A stretch of DNA of 64,000 nt from a virus. Taxonomy: Duplodnaviria; Caudoviricetes. How positions within the stretch are numbered: position 1 is the stretch's first letter; each line of letters starts with the position of its first letter. The translations under genes and the position numbers were made by a program. Location of the stretch: positions 1-64,000 of the IMG/VR virus record IMGVR_UViG_3300002220_000740; one strand, given 5' to 3'. This document shows, in pieces, positions 24,925 to 34,800 of the stretch. The notes under the pieces are model-generated. The model saw only the letters and a list, made by a program, of their open reading frames with translations, was not told the DNA's origin and searched no databases.

Positions 24925-25782
24925 ATGAAAAGACAGTACAAATTTGCTGAAGAAGCAGACCTTATTGATGTAGCAGTACCGGCTAACACCGATACCTACA
25001 TTGCAGTATCCAACGAAGTCGCTCTGGTAGGCATCCGCTCAGGACTTACCAGCATGGGACTTAAGGTGCAGCAGGAAGAGTACAAGCTCTCCAACAACAA
25101 ACAGATCGCAACCGGTCGCCTATACGTAGGAGATCTGGAAAACGGTCTTCAGCGTTGTATCGGCTGGATCAACTCCTATGACAAGAGCAAAGCTCTGGGC
25201 ATAGCCTGTGGTGCAAATGTGTTCATCTGCGCCAATGGGATGTTTACCTCTGAGATCGTGACCCTGCGCAAGCATACCAAGAATGTCCTCGATGACATGA
25301 ACGGCATGATTGCAAAAGCGCTCCGCTATCTTGAGGTGAGCTTCAACAACGCCAAGCAGTCCAAGACCTACTTTGAAAAGGTGATCCTGGACAAGAGTGC
25401 AGTTAACGAGATCATCGGACAGCTCTACCTGGAGGAAGAACTCATAAAGAACTACCAGCTCTCGATCATCAAGGATGGTCTGGAGAAGGATACCAAGTTC
25501 GATATGCGTGCTCATCCCACCATGTGGAACCTGTACAACCTGCTGACCGAGACCTTCAAGCGCTCACATCCGTCTACTTACCTGGAAGACCATGTCAACC
25601 TGCACAAGTACATGATGGGTAAAGTCAAAGAGTGGAACCTGTTGGGCATTCCGACCCCGTACACTCTGGTTGAAGATGTGCCGGCTCCCAAGCTGATCCT
25701 GCCAATCGAGGCAAGTATCGTGGTGCCGGAAATCATCGTACCCGAGCCAGTGCTTGCAGAAGACCTTAATCTCCAGTTCTGA
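24925..25782 (+). CDS. DUF932-like protein
   Basis: INSYDKS...G..VFICANGM signature; MWNLYNLLTE. Confidence 0.75.
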   Translation: MKRQYKFAEEADLIDVAVPANTDTYIAVSNEVALVGIRSGLTSMGLKVQQEEYKLSNNKQIATGRLYVGDLENGLQRCIGWINSYDKSKALGIACGANVFICANGMFTSEIVTLRKHTKNVLDDMNGMIAKALRYLEVSFNNAKQSKTYFEKVILDKSAVNEIIGQLYLEEELIKNYQLSIIKDGLEKDTKFDMRAHPTMWNLYNLLTETFKRSHPSTYLEDHVNLHKYMMGKVKEWNLLGIPTPYTLVEDVPAPKLILPIEASIVVPEIIVPEPVLAEDLNLQF

Positions 25783-26015
25783 TGGAGCCGCAGTTACTCA
25801 TAAGACCCAGACCGGAGGAGCAAAGCGCTCCTTCGGCTCCTGAGCCTGAGAAACTCTACACGGTGCCTGTAGCCAGGATCTGTAACAAGACCTACATGAT
25901 TGCAGCGCGCAGTAAGAAAGAAGCTGAGGACAAAGCTTTCGAAAAGGCTATCAACGACAACTGGAGCGATGAGACTCCTGATTTTGAGGTGTATTCATAC
26001 ATAACCAATGGCTGA
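25782..26015 (+). CDS. Small hypothetical protein
   Basis: Coupled ORF; IAARSKKEAEDKA motif. Confidence 0.55.
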   Translation: MEPQLLIRPRPEEQSAPSAPEPEKLYTVPVARICNKTYMIAARSKKEAEDKAFEKAINDNWSDETPDFEVYSYITNG

Positions 26016-26262
26016 AGAATCAAAAGACTTCATAAAGTTCAAGGACATTAAACATGTGCTCGTGCTTGTGGGGCTTGAGGACGGTACTCACCAAGTACTC
26101 ACTAATCGTAAGACGGAACTTACCATCTTAAAGATTATTGAGAACCTGAGTACCAACCTCAAGCTGAACCTCATTGAAACTCCCCTGGAGGGCTTGGATA
26201 TGGAATACCCTGATGACGTACAGTCATTCCAGGATTACCTGAAAGAACTTAGCAAACGATAA
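26008..26262 (+). CDS. Small hypothetical protein
   Basis: Coupled ORF in the operon. Confidence 0.55.
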   Translation: MAEESKDFIKFKDIKHVLVLVGLEDGTHQVLTNRKTELTILKIIENLSTNLKLNLIETPLEGLDMEYPDDVQSFQDYLKELSKR

Positions 26263-26263
26263 G

Positions 26264-26566
26264 ATGGCTGACATTCTCTACTGTGACGCACAGGCACGTA
26301 AGCTCAAGGAAACGATTTTCGATTTTATGGAAGACAACATGTTTGCTGTCGTCCGGGTAGAGTCAGAGACCGTAATCTTTTACAACGGACTGAAGATATC
26401 CAAGAACCGAAACGTGTACTCGATTAAAGACACTTGCGAATACCATGAAATAGACAATTTATTCCTACTAAGGATTATACTAAACCACATCTATAATGCA
26501 GTTAAATCAGAAGAAGCTCGACAAACAGTTGAGTATCATCAAACTATGGGTGGAGAACGGGTATAA
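26264..26566 (+). CDS. Hypothetical protein
   Basis: Coupled ORF, overlaps the helicase start. Confidence 0.5.
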   Translation: MADILYCDAQARKLKETIFDFMEDNMFAVVRVESETVIFYNGLKISKNRNVYSIKDTCEYHEIDNLFLLRIILNHIYNAVKSEEARQTVEYHQTMGGERV

Positions 26567-27791
26567 AGGTACTGTGGAAGCAGTGACCGGCTTTGGCAAA
26601 AGTTATATAGGTGTTTTGATTATCAGACAGATCAATCAGAAATCACCCGACCAGAGGACGATCATTGTAGTACCGACTTTATACCTGCAAGAGCAGTGGA
26701 TGACCCATATCCGGGAACATCAGCTGATTAACACTCAGGTGTTAGTAATCAATTCTGCAGTTAAAATCCATCACACATGTGAATTGTTGATCCTTGACGA
26801 AGTGCACAGGTATGCGGCAGACGTTTTTGGCACCGTGTTCTCCCAGATAAGCTACTCGGCTATCCTGGGACTTACGGCTACCATAAAACGCCAGGACCAA
26901 AGGCATTTGGAAATCCTTGAGTTCGCGCCTATTATCTGTACAGTAGGTATGAGGGAAGCACTGGACGAAGAGTACATCTCACCGTTCCTGGTATACAACC
27001 TGGGACTAAAGATGCAGGATGAAGATCATAAGGCGTACGACATTATTTCAAAAAAGTACAACTACAACTTCAGCTTCTTCGACCAAAACTTCAACACAGT
27101 TCAGACAGCTCTGAAAGACATGAATCTGCGCCGGGCAATCGGCGGACGTTTTGACAAGTCAGAGCAGGAGATCCTGGTCAAAGCAGTAAACTACATGCGG
27201 GCAATGCAGGAGAGACGCAGGTTTCTCTACAATGCACCGGTGAAGATCAAGACAGCCGTGAAGGTGCTTGAGCTTTTTCCCGTACGTACGATATGCTTTG
27301 CCGAGACCAAAGAGTTCGCCGATCAGATGACTGACCAGATCAACCTGGGAAAACCATCGCCAATTGCTGTATCCTACCACTCTGGTATGAGCGCGAAGAA
27401 ACGTAAAGCAGCAATGGCTTTGTTCAAAGACCCCGACAATGAGGTCAGGATCATCTCGACAGCTCGTGCCCTGGATGAAGGGTTTGACATTGAAGGTATA
27501 GAACTTGCCCTGATAACATCGGGTACTTCTACCGAACGCCAGTTCACACAGCGTGTAGGCAGGAGCATCCGGTTTGTGCCAGACAAGGTTGCCTTGATCG
27601 TCAATCTATTCATTCGGGATACGCAAGATCAACGGTGGGCTCGGCAGCGTCAAACTACCATGCCCAATGTACAATGGATTGAATCTATAAATGAGATTAC
27701 TTATGAAACACCCGAGGGTAAATCTAATTTCGAGGGATCAAAGGTTCCCCGATTTGAACTTACCGGATTTGCCGTCGCCCCAGGCGTATGA
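26496..27791 (+). CDS. Superfamily 2 DEAH/DEVH helicase
   Basis: AVTGFGKS, LDEVH, LGLTAT, LDEGFDI, QRVGRSIR. Confidence 0.93.
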   Translation: MQLNQKKLDKQLSIIKLWVENGYKGTVEAVTGFGKSYIGVLIIRQINQKSPDQRTIIVVPTLYLQEQWMTHIREHQLINTQVLVINSAVKIHHTCELLILDEVHRYAADVFGTVFSQISYSAILGLTATIKRQDQRHLEILEFAPIICTVGMREALDEEYISPFLVYNLGLKMQDEDHKAYDIISKKYNYNFSFFDQNFNTVQTALKDMNLRRAIGGRFDKSEQEILVKAVNYMRAMQERRRFLYNAPVKIKTAVKVLELFPVRTICFAETKEFADQMTDQINLGKPSPIAVSYHSGMSAKKRKAAMALFKDPDNEVRIISTARALDEGFDIEGIELALITSGTSTERQFTQRVGRSIRFVPDKVALIVNLFIRDTQDQRWARQRQTTMPNVQWIESINEITYETPEGKSNFEGSKVPRFELTGFAVAPGV

Positions 27792-27853
27792 AACGTATGG
27801 AGCGGTGGCAGCGGATTGTCTGAATACAGGCTTAGAATTTAATACCAATAATT

Positions 27854-28417
27854 ATGACTGTTTTCGACAGACCAATTCAATTTGTGGATTTTCTTGCCAA
27901 ACACAGGATCACCAGTGACCAGTTCCTTTTCATGTTCCTTATCTACCGGGAGGATTACACTTCCCTGTACAAGTATACGGAACAGGTAAAGGGACTTCAC
28001 CCTGATGAAATCCTGGACCTCGTTCGACGGGGTTACATGGTCAATGAAAATGTAAGCAACCAGTACTTTGCAGACTCGTTTCATATCACTGAGAAATTTA
28101 CCTCAGAGGTATTCGAATTTGCAAGGGATGCAGCTGCTGAGTTCTGGGAAGCCTACCCCGCATTCATTTTTGTCCAAGGAAAAAGATTTTCAACCAAGAA
28201 CGTAAACAAAGAGGACTTCTATGATGACTACACCAAGAAGGTAGGACACTCACTCCGGCTGCACAAGAAGGTTATGGCAGCCCTGAAGTATGGCATAGAA
28301 GTGAGTGCCATCAACATGGGGATAGGAAAGTGGTTCGATAGCCAGCAATGGACCGAACTCGAAAAAGAAATGAACACACGCGTAAGAATCGAACAGTATG
28401 GAGACAAGGAGTTTTGA
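27854..28417 (+). CDS. Conserved phage replication protein (initiator/helicase-loader-like)
   Basis: wHTH-like N-terminus and AEFWEAYP motif; directly upstream of dnaB. Confidence 0.55.
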   Translation: MTVFDRPIQFVDFLAKHRITSDQFLFMFLIYREDYTSLYKYTEQVKGLHPDEILDLVRRGYMVNENVSNQYFADSFHITEKFTSEVFEFARDAAAEFWEAYPAFIFVQGKRFSTKNVNKEDFYDDYTKKVGHSLRLHKKVMAALKYGIEVSAINMGIGKWFDSQQWTELEKEMNTRVRIEQYGDKEF

Positions 28418-29369
28418 AAATACTCTGCTCTGCCGCCATAGCCACATGGCTATACAGGATGCAAAGAAAGAGATTGAAGATGGGATGAATGGCGAACAGC
28501 TTTACCTGTTCTGCCGTTACCCCAAGCTCAATAAGATGATGCTCGGGGGATTCCGCCTGAACAATTTCGTCTTGTTTGCAGGAGAAAGCGGCAGTGGCAA
28601 GAGTATGTTTCTTAATATCCTTCATCGTGATTTTATGAACCTCAAGCTTAACAGCGGTTTCAAGTACCCGTTTCGCATCCTGCATTTCAACTTTGAGATG
28701 TCGGCTGCAGACGAGATGCTGAGAGCCGTCTCCGGACTGACCGAGACAAGCTATGGGGACCTGCTGAGTTCCGAGAAGCCTCTGACAACAGAGCAGTACA
28801 CCAACATCATTGAAAAGCTCGATACGCTTGAAAATGATATGCTGTACTATGTGGATCATTCGGGCAACCGGCAGGAGATACGGAACACCATATATAAATT
28901 TCATGCGATGTTCCCCGACGAGAAAATGGTAATCACACTTGACCATTCTCTCCTGACCAAATACCTGGACGAGAAAGACGAAGTGGAACTGATATCCGAG
29001 CTTGCCAAGATGTTTATCGAGGTACGCAAGGATCTTGGTGCACTGATCATCATGGTCGGTCAGCTCAATGATAAGATCGAAGATCCCCGCCGGCGTGAGC
29101 CGTCAATGCACTATCCGACAAAAACGGATATCCATGGATCAAAGCAAGTCTATCACGCAGCTGATGTGGTCATGGTGCTTCATCGCCCGGAGCTACTCAA
29201 CATCACAGCCTACGGACCGAAGATGTATGATACAAATGGGAAACTGTTCCTGCATTGTTTAAAGCAACGAAAGGGAGATGTAGGCATCATACGGTTCCAG
29301 GAAGACTTTGCCCGTGGAAATATCCACCAGGCACCGGATATAATGGAAGAAAACGTTTATGGACTTTAA
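28398..29369 (+). CDS. DnaB-like replicative helicase (C-terminal domain)
   Basis: AGESGSGKS, FNFEMS, TLDH, GQLN, AADVVMVLHRP, KQRKG. Confidence 0.9.
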   Translation: METRSFENTLLCRHSHMAIQDAKKEIEDGMNGEQLYLFCRYPKLNKMMLGGFRLNNFVLFAGESGSGKSMFLNILHRDFMNLKLNSGFKYPFRILHFNFEMSAADEMLRAVSGLTETSYGDLLSSEKPLTTEQYTNIIEKLDTLENDMLYYVDHSGNRQEIRNTIYKFHAMFPDEKMVITLDHSLLTKYLDEKDEVELISELAKMFIEVRKDLGALIIMVGQLNDKIEDPRRREPSMHYPTKTDIHGSKQVYHAADVVMVLHRPELLNITAYGPKMYDTNGKLFLHCLKQRKGDVGIIRFQEDFARGNIHQAPDIMEENVYGL

Positions 29370-29389
29370 CAACTAATAATAATGAAACG

Positions 29390-30133
29390 ATGAAGTTATC
29401 AACAATGCCATCAGGACCGTCAAGACGCGATCCAAAAATGCTGATCGTGTTCGGTCAGACCAAGGTCGGGAAGACTACAATGATGTCCCGGCTTCCGCAG
29501 GGGAAGTATCTGGTCGTTGACCTGGAACAGGGATCAGATTTCCTGTCTGTCAACCGCGTACAGGCTAACAGCCTTGCCGAACTTGCCGCAGTTCTCGCTG
29601 AACTCAGAACCGGCAATTACCCATTTGAGTTCATTGTCCTGGATACGGTCGACAAGATCGTAGACTGGTCAGAAGCATACGTGCTGGCGTCCAACAACGC
29701 AACGATGCTTAAGGACATTCCCTTTGGCGGGGGATATTCACTGGTCAGAGAGCAGGTCATGAACATTCTTAACGCCTTTAACAGCCTTGGAAAACGCCTG
29801 ATTGTCGTAGGTCATCGCAAGAAGACAACGACCGACGGTGATGCCAAGGATGAGTTTTCAATCAGTACGCTGGACATTTCCGGCAAGCTGAAGAATTTCA
29901 TCTGCGCTGATGCAGATGCAATTGGATACACCTACCGCGGGGAAGATTCATCGCTGATGATCACCTTTAAGCCTTCGGACTTCATTGAAGCCGGAGCACG
30001 TCCGGAACACCTTCGTGGGATGACCATCCCGTTCGAGTGGGAAGGTATTTACATCGACTACTATGGAATTGCCAAACCGCCTATTAAAGAGGTGGTGACA
30101 GACCCCAGAGCAGTCAAGGCACAGGTTGTTTAA
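29390..30133 (+). CDS. AAA_24/Sak4-like ATPase
   Basis: FGQTKVGKTT, VDLEQGS, IVLDTVD, VVGH. Confidence 0.85.
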   Translation: MKLSTMPSGPSRRDPKMLIVFGQTKVGKTTMMSRLPQGKYLVVDLEQGSDFLSVNRVQANSLAELAAVLAELRTGNYPFEFIVLDTVDKIVDWSEAYVLASNNATMLKDIPFGGGYSLVREQVMNILNAFNSLGKRLIVVGHRKKTTTDGDAKDEFSISTLDISGKLKNFICADADAIGYTYRGEDSSLMITFKPSDFIEAGARPEHLRGMTIPFEWEGIYIDYYGIAKPPIKEVVTDPRAVKAQVV

Positions 30134-30265
30134 ACCAGGCTACGGAATTTTTTATAAAAAATAAGTTATTCAGTATAATATCCCGAATAAGTTCCGTATC
30201 TTGTAACTCCTTTCCCTTAAACAGAATTATCTATCGTTACTCATTTAAACTCAAATTTTATCAGT

Positions 30266-30913
30266 ATGTACAACATTGATTCAAAAACCGAAAGCACATT
30301 TGTACCCTTTACACCGGGTATCAACGAGAACTGCGAACTTACAGCAGTAAAGTATGAACCTGCAGACAAAGAAGGTCTGAAGGAAAAAGTGCTCCGTTTC
30401 GTATTCAAAGGTCCCAAGGGTGAACTTCACACCGAGACTATTTTCCCGATCAACAAGGAGAATACAATCCGTGCAGCTCAGAGCTGGAACCGCAAACCCG
30501 AAGAAGTGCTCAAGGAAGAGATTGAAGCACTCACCGGCAAGGTCATGCACATCATGACAACCTACCTTCCCAAAGAGCAGACATTCATGACTGCCACCAG
30601 CTGGGAAGAGTTCTGCACCCAGGTAATCAGCAAACTCGGCAACGCGTTTGTAGGAGTACCGGTCAGGCTTAAGTTCGTACTCAATGCCAAGGAGTACCTG
30701 CAGCTGCCGAAGAAGGCAAAAGCACCGTTCATCCAGAAGATGAGCGAAGCAAGTAAACTCAGCATCAATCCCAAGTACGACAACGTAACGTACAAGGCGA
30801 AGGCTGACGTTCTTCCTGATCCGTTCGCAGTCATGTCAGCTCCCGTTGGAGCTCCTGCTGCTCAGGATCTCGGACCTGCTGGTCCCGGCACACCGAAGCC
30901 GTTCGTATTTTAA
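30266..30913 (+). CDS. Probable single-stranded DNA-binding protein
   Basis: Lies between Sak4-like ATPase and primase; low-complexity tail ending PFVF. Confidence 0.55.
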   Translation: MYNIDSKTESTFVPFTPGINENCELTAVKYEPADKEGLKEKVLRFVFKGPKGELHTETIFPINKENTIRAAQSWNRKPEEVLKEEIEALTGKVMHIMTTYLPKEQTFMTATSWEEFCTQVISKLGNAFVGVPVRLKFVLNAKEYLQLPKKAKAPFIQKMSEASKLSINPKYDNVTYKAKADVLPDPFAVMSAPVGAPAAQDLGPAGPGTPKPFVF

Positions 30914-30963
30914 AGGTTTTAATCGGGGAAGGGGGTAACTCCTTCCCCTTTTATTCTTTGCTC

Positions 30964-31974
30964 ATGTATACTATCCAACCAAAAATCTCAAAAGATTCAA
31001 TCTTCAAATCAATTCCACAGGAGCAAGTTTTTGAAAAGTACCTTAATATCAGAGTCCAGCTTGATGGATTAATATGTTCTCCTCTGCGTAGGGATAAGCG
31101 CCCTACATGCGGCTTTAAGTATTCCCGTTCGGGAGTGCTGTACTTCCGTGATTTCGGCGGACACTTCTGGGGCAACTGCGTTGACCTGGTGATGCACCTA
31201 TATAATGTGCAATACACCCGGGCACTGGAGATCATCGCCCATGACTTCAGTCTTCGCCAGATAGAACTCGGTGAGCTTCCCGCGCTGGTCTCCAGGTTTA
31301 CCCCTGAAGACATCAAGCACGAAAGAGCACGCTTTGAGATCAGCTGGCGCAAGTACGAACGCCTTGACATGCTATACTGGAACAAGTTTCATATCACCGA
31401 GCAGGATCTGTACGATCTTAAGGTAGCACCGGTAAAAGCATTATGGATTAACGGACATCTTAACTACGGTTACAACTCATATGACCCTGCTTACGCCATA
31501 GTTCTCGCACCAGGCGAATACAAGGTCTACTTCCCTTACAGCCAGCAGCGCAGGTTTCTCTGCAACACATCGCTGGTAATGGGGATGGAACAGCTTCCCG
31601 AAAGCGGACCGCTTGTAATCATAACCAAAAGTTTCAAAGATATTCTTGTACTGAGGAAATTCAACGTACCTGCCGTATCATGGCAGGGTGAGACTATTGT
31701 CCCCGACTGGGACAGTATCAAAGCACTGCGCGACAGGTTTGAGCGCGTGTACAGCCTGTATGATTTCGATCTGGCAGGCATACGCACCGCAAACAAAATG
31801 CGCAAGCGGTATGGCATTCACCCCCTGTTCTTTACAAACGGCAGGTTCGGATACCATGACTGCCAGGCAAAAGACGCCGCCGAGTACATCGAAAAACACG
31901 GCATTGAGGGTGGCAAACAGTTATACAACAACTTTTTTAAAGTAATGATAGATGACCAAACAAGTCCTTTTTGA
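30964..31974 (+). CDS. DnaG-like primase
   Basis: CSPLRRDKRPTC...FRDFG Zn-binding-like domain; ITKSFKD, YDFDLAG, KDAAE TOPRIM motifs. Confidence 0.88.
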   Translation: MYTIQPKISKDSIFKSIPQEQVFEKYLNIRVQLDGLICSPLRRDKRPTCGFKYSRSGVLYFRDFGGHFWGNCVDLVMHLYNVQYTRALEIIAHDFSLRQIELGELPALVSRFTPEDIKHERARFEISWRKYERLDMLYWNKFHITEQDLYDLKVAPVKALWINGHLNYGYNSYDPAYAIVLAPGEYKVYFPYSQQRRFLCNTSLVMGMEQLPESGPLVIITKSFKDILVLRKFNVPAVSWQGETIVPDWDSIKALRDRFERVYSLYDFDLAGIRTANKMRKRYGIHPLFFTNGRFGYHDCQAKDAAEYIEKHGIEGGKQLYNNFFKVMIDDQTSPF

Positions 31975-32545
31975 GGTAAACATACCCGACTACATAACCC
32001 ATGTGCAGCTCTCCGAGCACAGGCGAACTAAGTATTATGCATTAGGAGATAAGATCCCTGCCAAGTACCCCAATGGGACATTTGACAAGAAGGGACGGCT
32101 GGTAGATACCAACGGTATCCCGGTAGTGAAGAACCCCAGGGTAGCCGGAACACCTTCATGGAAGAAGATCAACGGACAGGAGTTCTACAAGGGAACGACC
32201 AACCCGATCATACGCTCCAAGGTAATCGGTGCGATGAAAGATTTCTTCCGTCCATACTTCAACGACATTCCGCCTATAGCAGCCAATCAGATGCCAATAA
32301 CCGTGGAGCTTGAGCTTCATGACAATCCTGTTGATGAGTTCGACATTGACAACCTGGCATGGGTTTACACCAAGGTCATCCTTGATGTGATGGCAGAAAA
32401 GAGAATCATCCCCGATGACAACGTGAACTACGTTGCCAAAAGCGGAGGATGCCAGTTCGTCCGCACCAAGCCCGGAGAGATGCGGCAGCTTACAGTGATC
32501 ATAAGCAAGAATGTATACCAACCGGTATCATACCAAACAGTATAA
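31952..32545 (+). CDS. RusA-like Holliday junction resolvase
   Basis: DIDN...KVILD...IIPDDN catalytic pattern. Confidence 0.75.
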   Translation: MTKQVLFEVNIPDYITHVQLSEHRRTKYYALGDKIPAKYPNGTFDKKGRLVDTNGIPVVKNPRVAGTPSWKKINGQEFYKGTTNPIIRSKVIGAMKDFFRPYFNDIPPIAANQMPITVELELHDNPVDEFDIDNLAWVYTKVILDVMAEKRIIPDDNVNYVAKSGGCQFVRTKPGEMRQLTVIISKNVYQPVSYQTV

Positions 32546-32557
32546 TCTACAAATAAC

Positions 32558-34798
32558 ATGGAATTAAAGAATTTCACTGACGTCGAAACCGACGTTACTG
32601 AGGTTGATGAATCTATTGACTTTTCTATTGACCAGGAGAGCCTGGGAGTGCTGTTCAAAGGATTTTCCGACGGGCTGTATTCCAACAAGATAGGCTCTAT
32701 TGTCAGGGAGATAACATCAAACTGCTTCGATTCACACATCGAAGCCGGCATCACCCGACCGGTGTCAATCGAGATGCTTGCTCCGGATCCCTATACAGGA
32801 ACCCCGGGGAACATCAGCTTCATAGATTTTGGGGTAGGACTCTCCCCCGACAGGATTAAGAACGTTTACTCAAAGTATTTTGCATCCACCAAGCGTGCAA
32901 CCAATGCCCAGATAGGCGGGTTTGGCATAGGAGCAAAGAGTCCTCTTTCATATACCGACAGCTTCATGGCGATCACACGCTTTGAGGGAATTGAGTATGT
33001 GTACATTATTCACCGCGGGGTGAAGGTACCCCAGATAGAACTCATAGAGAAGAACCCTACAGACAAACATAACGGAACAGAAGTTAAGATACCTATAAAG
33101 AACGTTAACGATTTCAATACCTTTAAAAAGGAGATTAAAACCCAGCTCACATTCTTTGATAACATCAACTTTATCAACTGTGGGATGGACAACAACTACA
33201 AGCTCTACCAGGGCAAGCATTTCATTGTGCGCTGGGACAAATCCTTCGACAAGAACTCCGAGCGGAATGAGCCAAGCATTTGCCTGGGCAAGGTGAAGTA
33301 TCCCATCGACTGGAGTCAAATAGGCTTACAGCGTTACAACTACGACTCGCCCATAGCATTGCGCTTTGATGTAGGAGATTTAACGGTCACCATGAACAGG
33401 GAGACCATTGAGTACACCCCTGCAGTCATTTCAAGGATCCAGTTAAAGTTCAGCGAGGCAGCTCTTGAACTCCAGATGCTGGCAGACAATTCCCGAGAAA
33501 CCGTCTCAGATTTTGAAACATACATGGAACTGGTAAAGTCTACCACTCCGATGATCAAGATTGATAAGGATGTGTTTGTGCCGGTTGAAGGATTTGCCCA
33601 TGTGGAGCCTGTTAAGTTTGCAGGATTTGATGGTTTTCCCGCAAAGTTTAAATTTCCGTCATCAGACCCATTCTTCCAATTCGAAGTAACTGGCTTGATA
33701 GATGGTAATGGAACCCTGAGAGGATTACAAAGTAAGAGAAGGTACGTTAAAGACAACCTGCAATCTCTTATTAAGGACAAAGCAACTATCTACCGGGTGA
33801 ACGGATCGCTGGGCAAGCGCAAGAATCTGTATCTGCATTCTCAGTATGGAGATTTCTATGTAATAAGAAAGAACCCTGATGAACCGTATGCTCCAAGGGT
33901 AATTGGTATTCACAATGAATCTGATCCAGACAAGTATGCAGAAATTTACTCCCAGGTCATCCTGAAATATCTCCTGGAGCATACCAGCAGCTACGACCGT
34001 GCCGAAGTAGATGAAACATGGATGAAAACCTATATTGCTGATCTTAAAAGCGGCAATGTTATTCGGGACAAGAGTGAGCTTTATTACCGCGAACTCCGCA
34101 TGAATGAATATACTTCTGATGCCGAGTTTAAAGCTGATAAAGAACAGTTCTCAGACTTCGTGAAATCCCTCAAGCAAGGACAGATGATTGTCTATGGATT
34201 CATAGAAGATCATGAGAAGCTTGGTACCCTGGGATTTGTACTCAGTAATCTCAAGTCTATGTCATCCAGAAATGGCACAGAACTAAATTCCCATGCAGTA
34301 AGAATATTGAAAATAAGCCGTGAGAACGCCAAACTGGTCAGTCAGATCCCGGGAGCCATTTATGTCAATGATGCTTTCTCGAAAATGCATAAACATCTTA
34401 GTGCCATTCATTTGAAAAATAAGTTCAACAACCTGATGGAGAACGGTAAAGCATTTACAGCCTACCACGAAGTGTTGAAACGGGCTTTTCCGAGAATATC
34501 CGCATTATATCTTGCCGTAGAGGAAGGTTGTACCAGTAATGTATATGCTTCCAGTGCACATGGTGATAAATGCCGCAGTGCGGTAAAGCAATTCATCGAG
34601 ACAGAGGGATATCATTACACGATGCAGCACGTTGCAGACAATCTGACAAAGCTACAACAGTGGATGGACCGGATGTCTATCCTGCAGACTCTTGACTATA
34701 ATGCCGTGCATAGCATGTCAAAAACCAAACAGATATTCCTGTTTGAGTCCCTCAAGAAACTTGCAAAATTAAATTCAAAATCCATTCTAAATTATTAA
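32558..34798 (+). CDS. rIIA: rIIA-like protein (GHKL ATPase domain)
   Basis: LYSNKIGSIVREITSNCFDSH, DFGVGLS, STK, GGFGIGAKSP. Confidence 0.88.
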   Translation: MELKNFTDVETDVTEVDESIDFSIDQESLGVLFKGFSDGLYSNKIGSIVREITSNCFDSHIEAGITRPVSIEMLAPDPYTGTPGNISFIDFGVGLSPDRIKNVYSKYFASTKRATNAQIGGFGIGAKSPLSYTDSFMAITRFEGIEYVYIIHRGVKVPQIELIEKNPTDKHNGTEVKIPIKNVNDFNTFKKEIKTQLTFFDNINFINCGMDNNYKLYQGKHFIVRWDKSFDKNSERNEPSICLGKVKYPIDWSQIGLQRYNYDSPIALRFDVGDLTVTMNRETIEYTPAVISRIQLKFSEAALELQMLADNSRETVSDFETYMELVKSTTPMIKIDKDVFVPVEGFAHVEPVKFAGFDGFPAKFKFPSSDPFFQFEVTGLIDGNGTLRGLQSKRRYVKDNLQSLIKDKATIYRVNGSLGKRKNLYLHSQYGDFYVIRKNPDEPYAPRVIGIHNESDPDKYAEIYSQVILKYLLEHTSSYDRAEVDETWMKTYIADLKSGNVIRDKSELYYRELRMNEYTSDAEFKADKEQFSDFVKSLKQGQMIVYGFIEDHEKLGTLGFVLSNLKSMSSRNGTELNSHAVRILKISRENAKLVSQIPGAIYVNDAFSKMHKHLSAIHLKNKFNNLMENGKAFTAYHEVLKRAFPRISALYLAVEEGCTSNVYASSAHGDKCRSAVKQFIETEGYHYTMQHVADNLTKLQQWMDRMSILQTLDYNAVHSMSKTKQIFLFESLKKLAKLNSKSILNY

Positions 34799-34800
34799 CA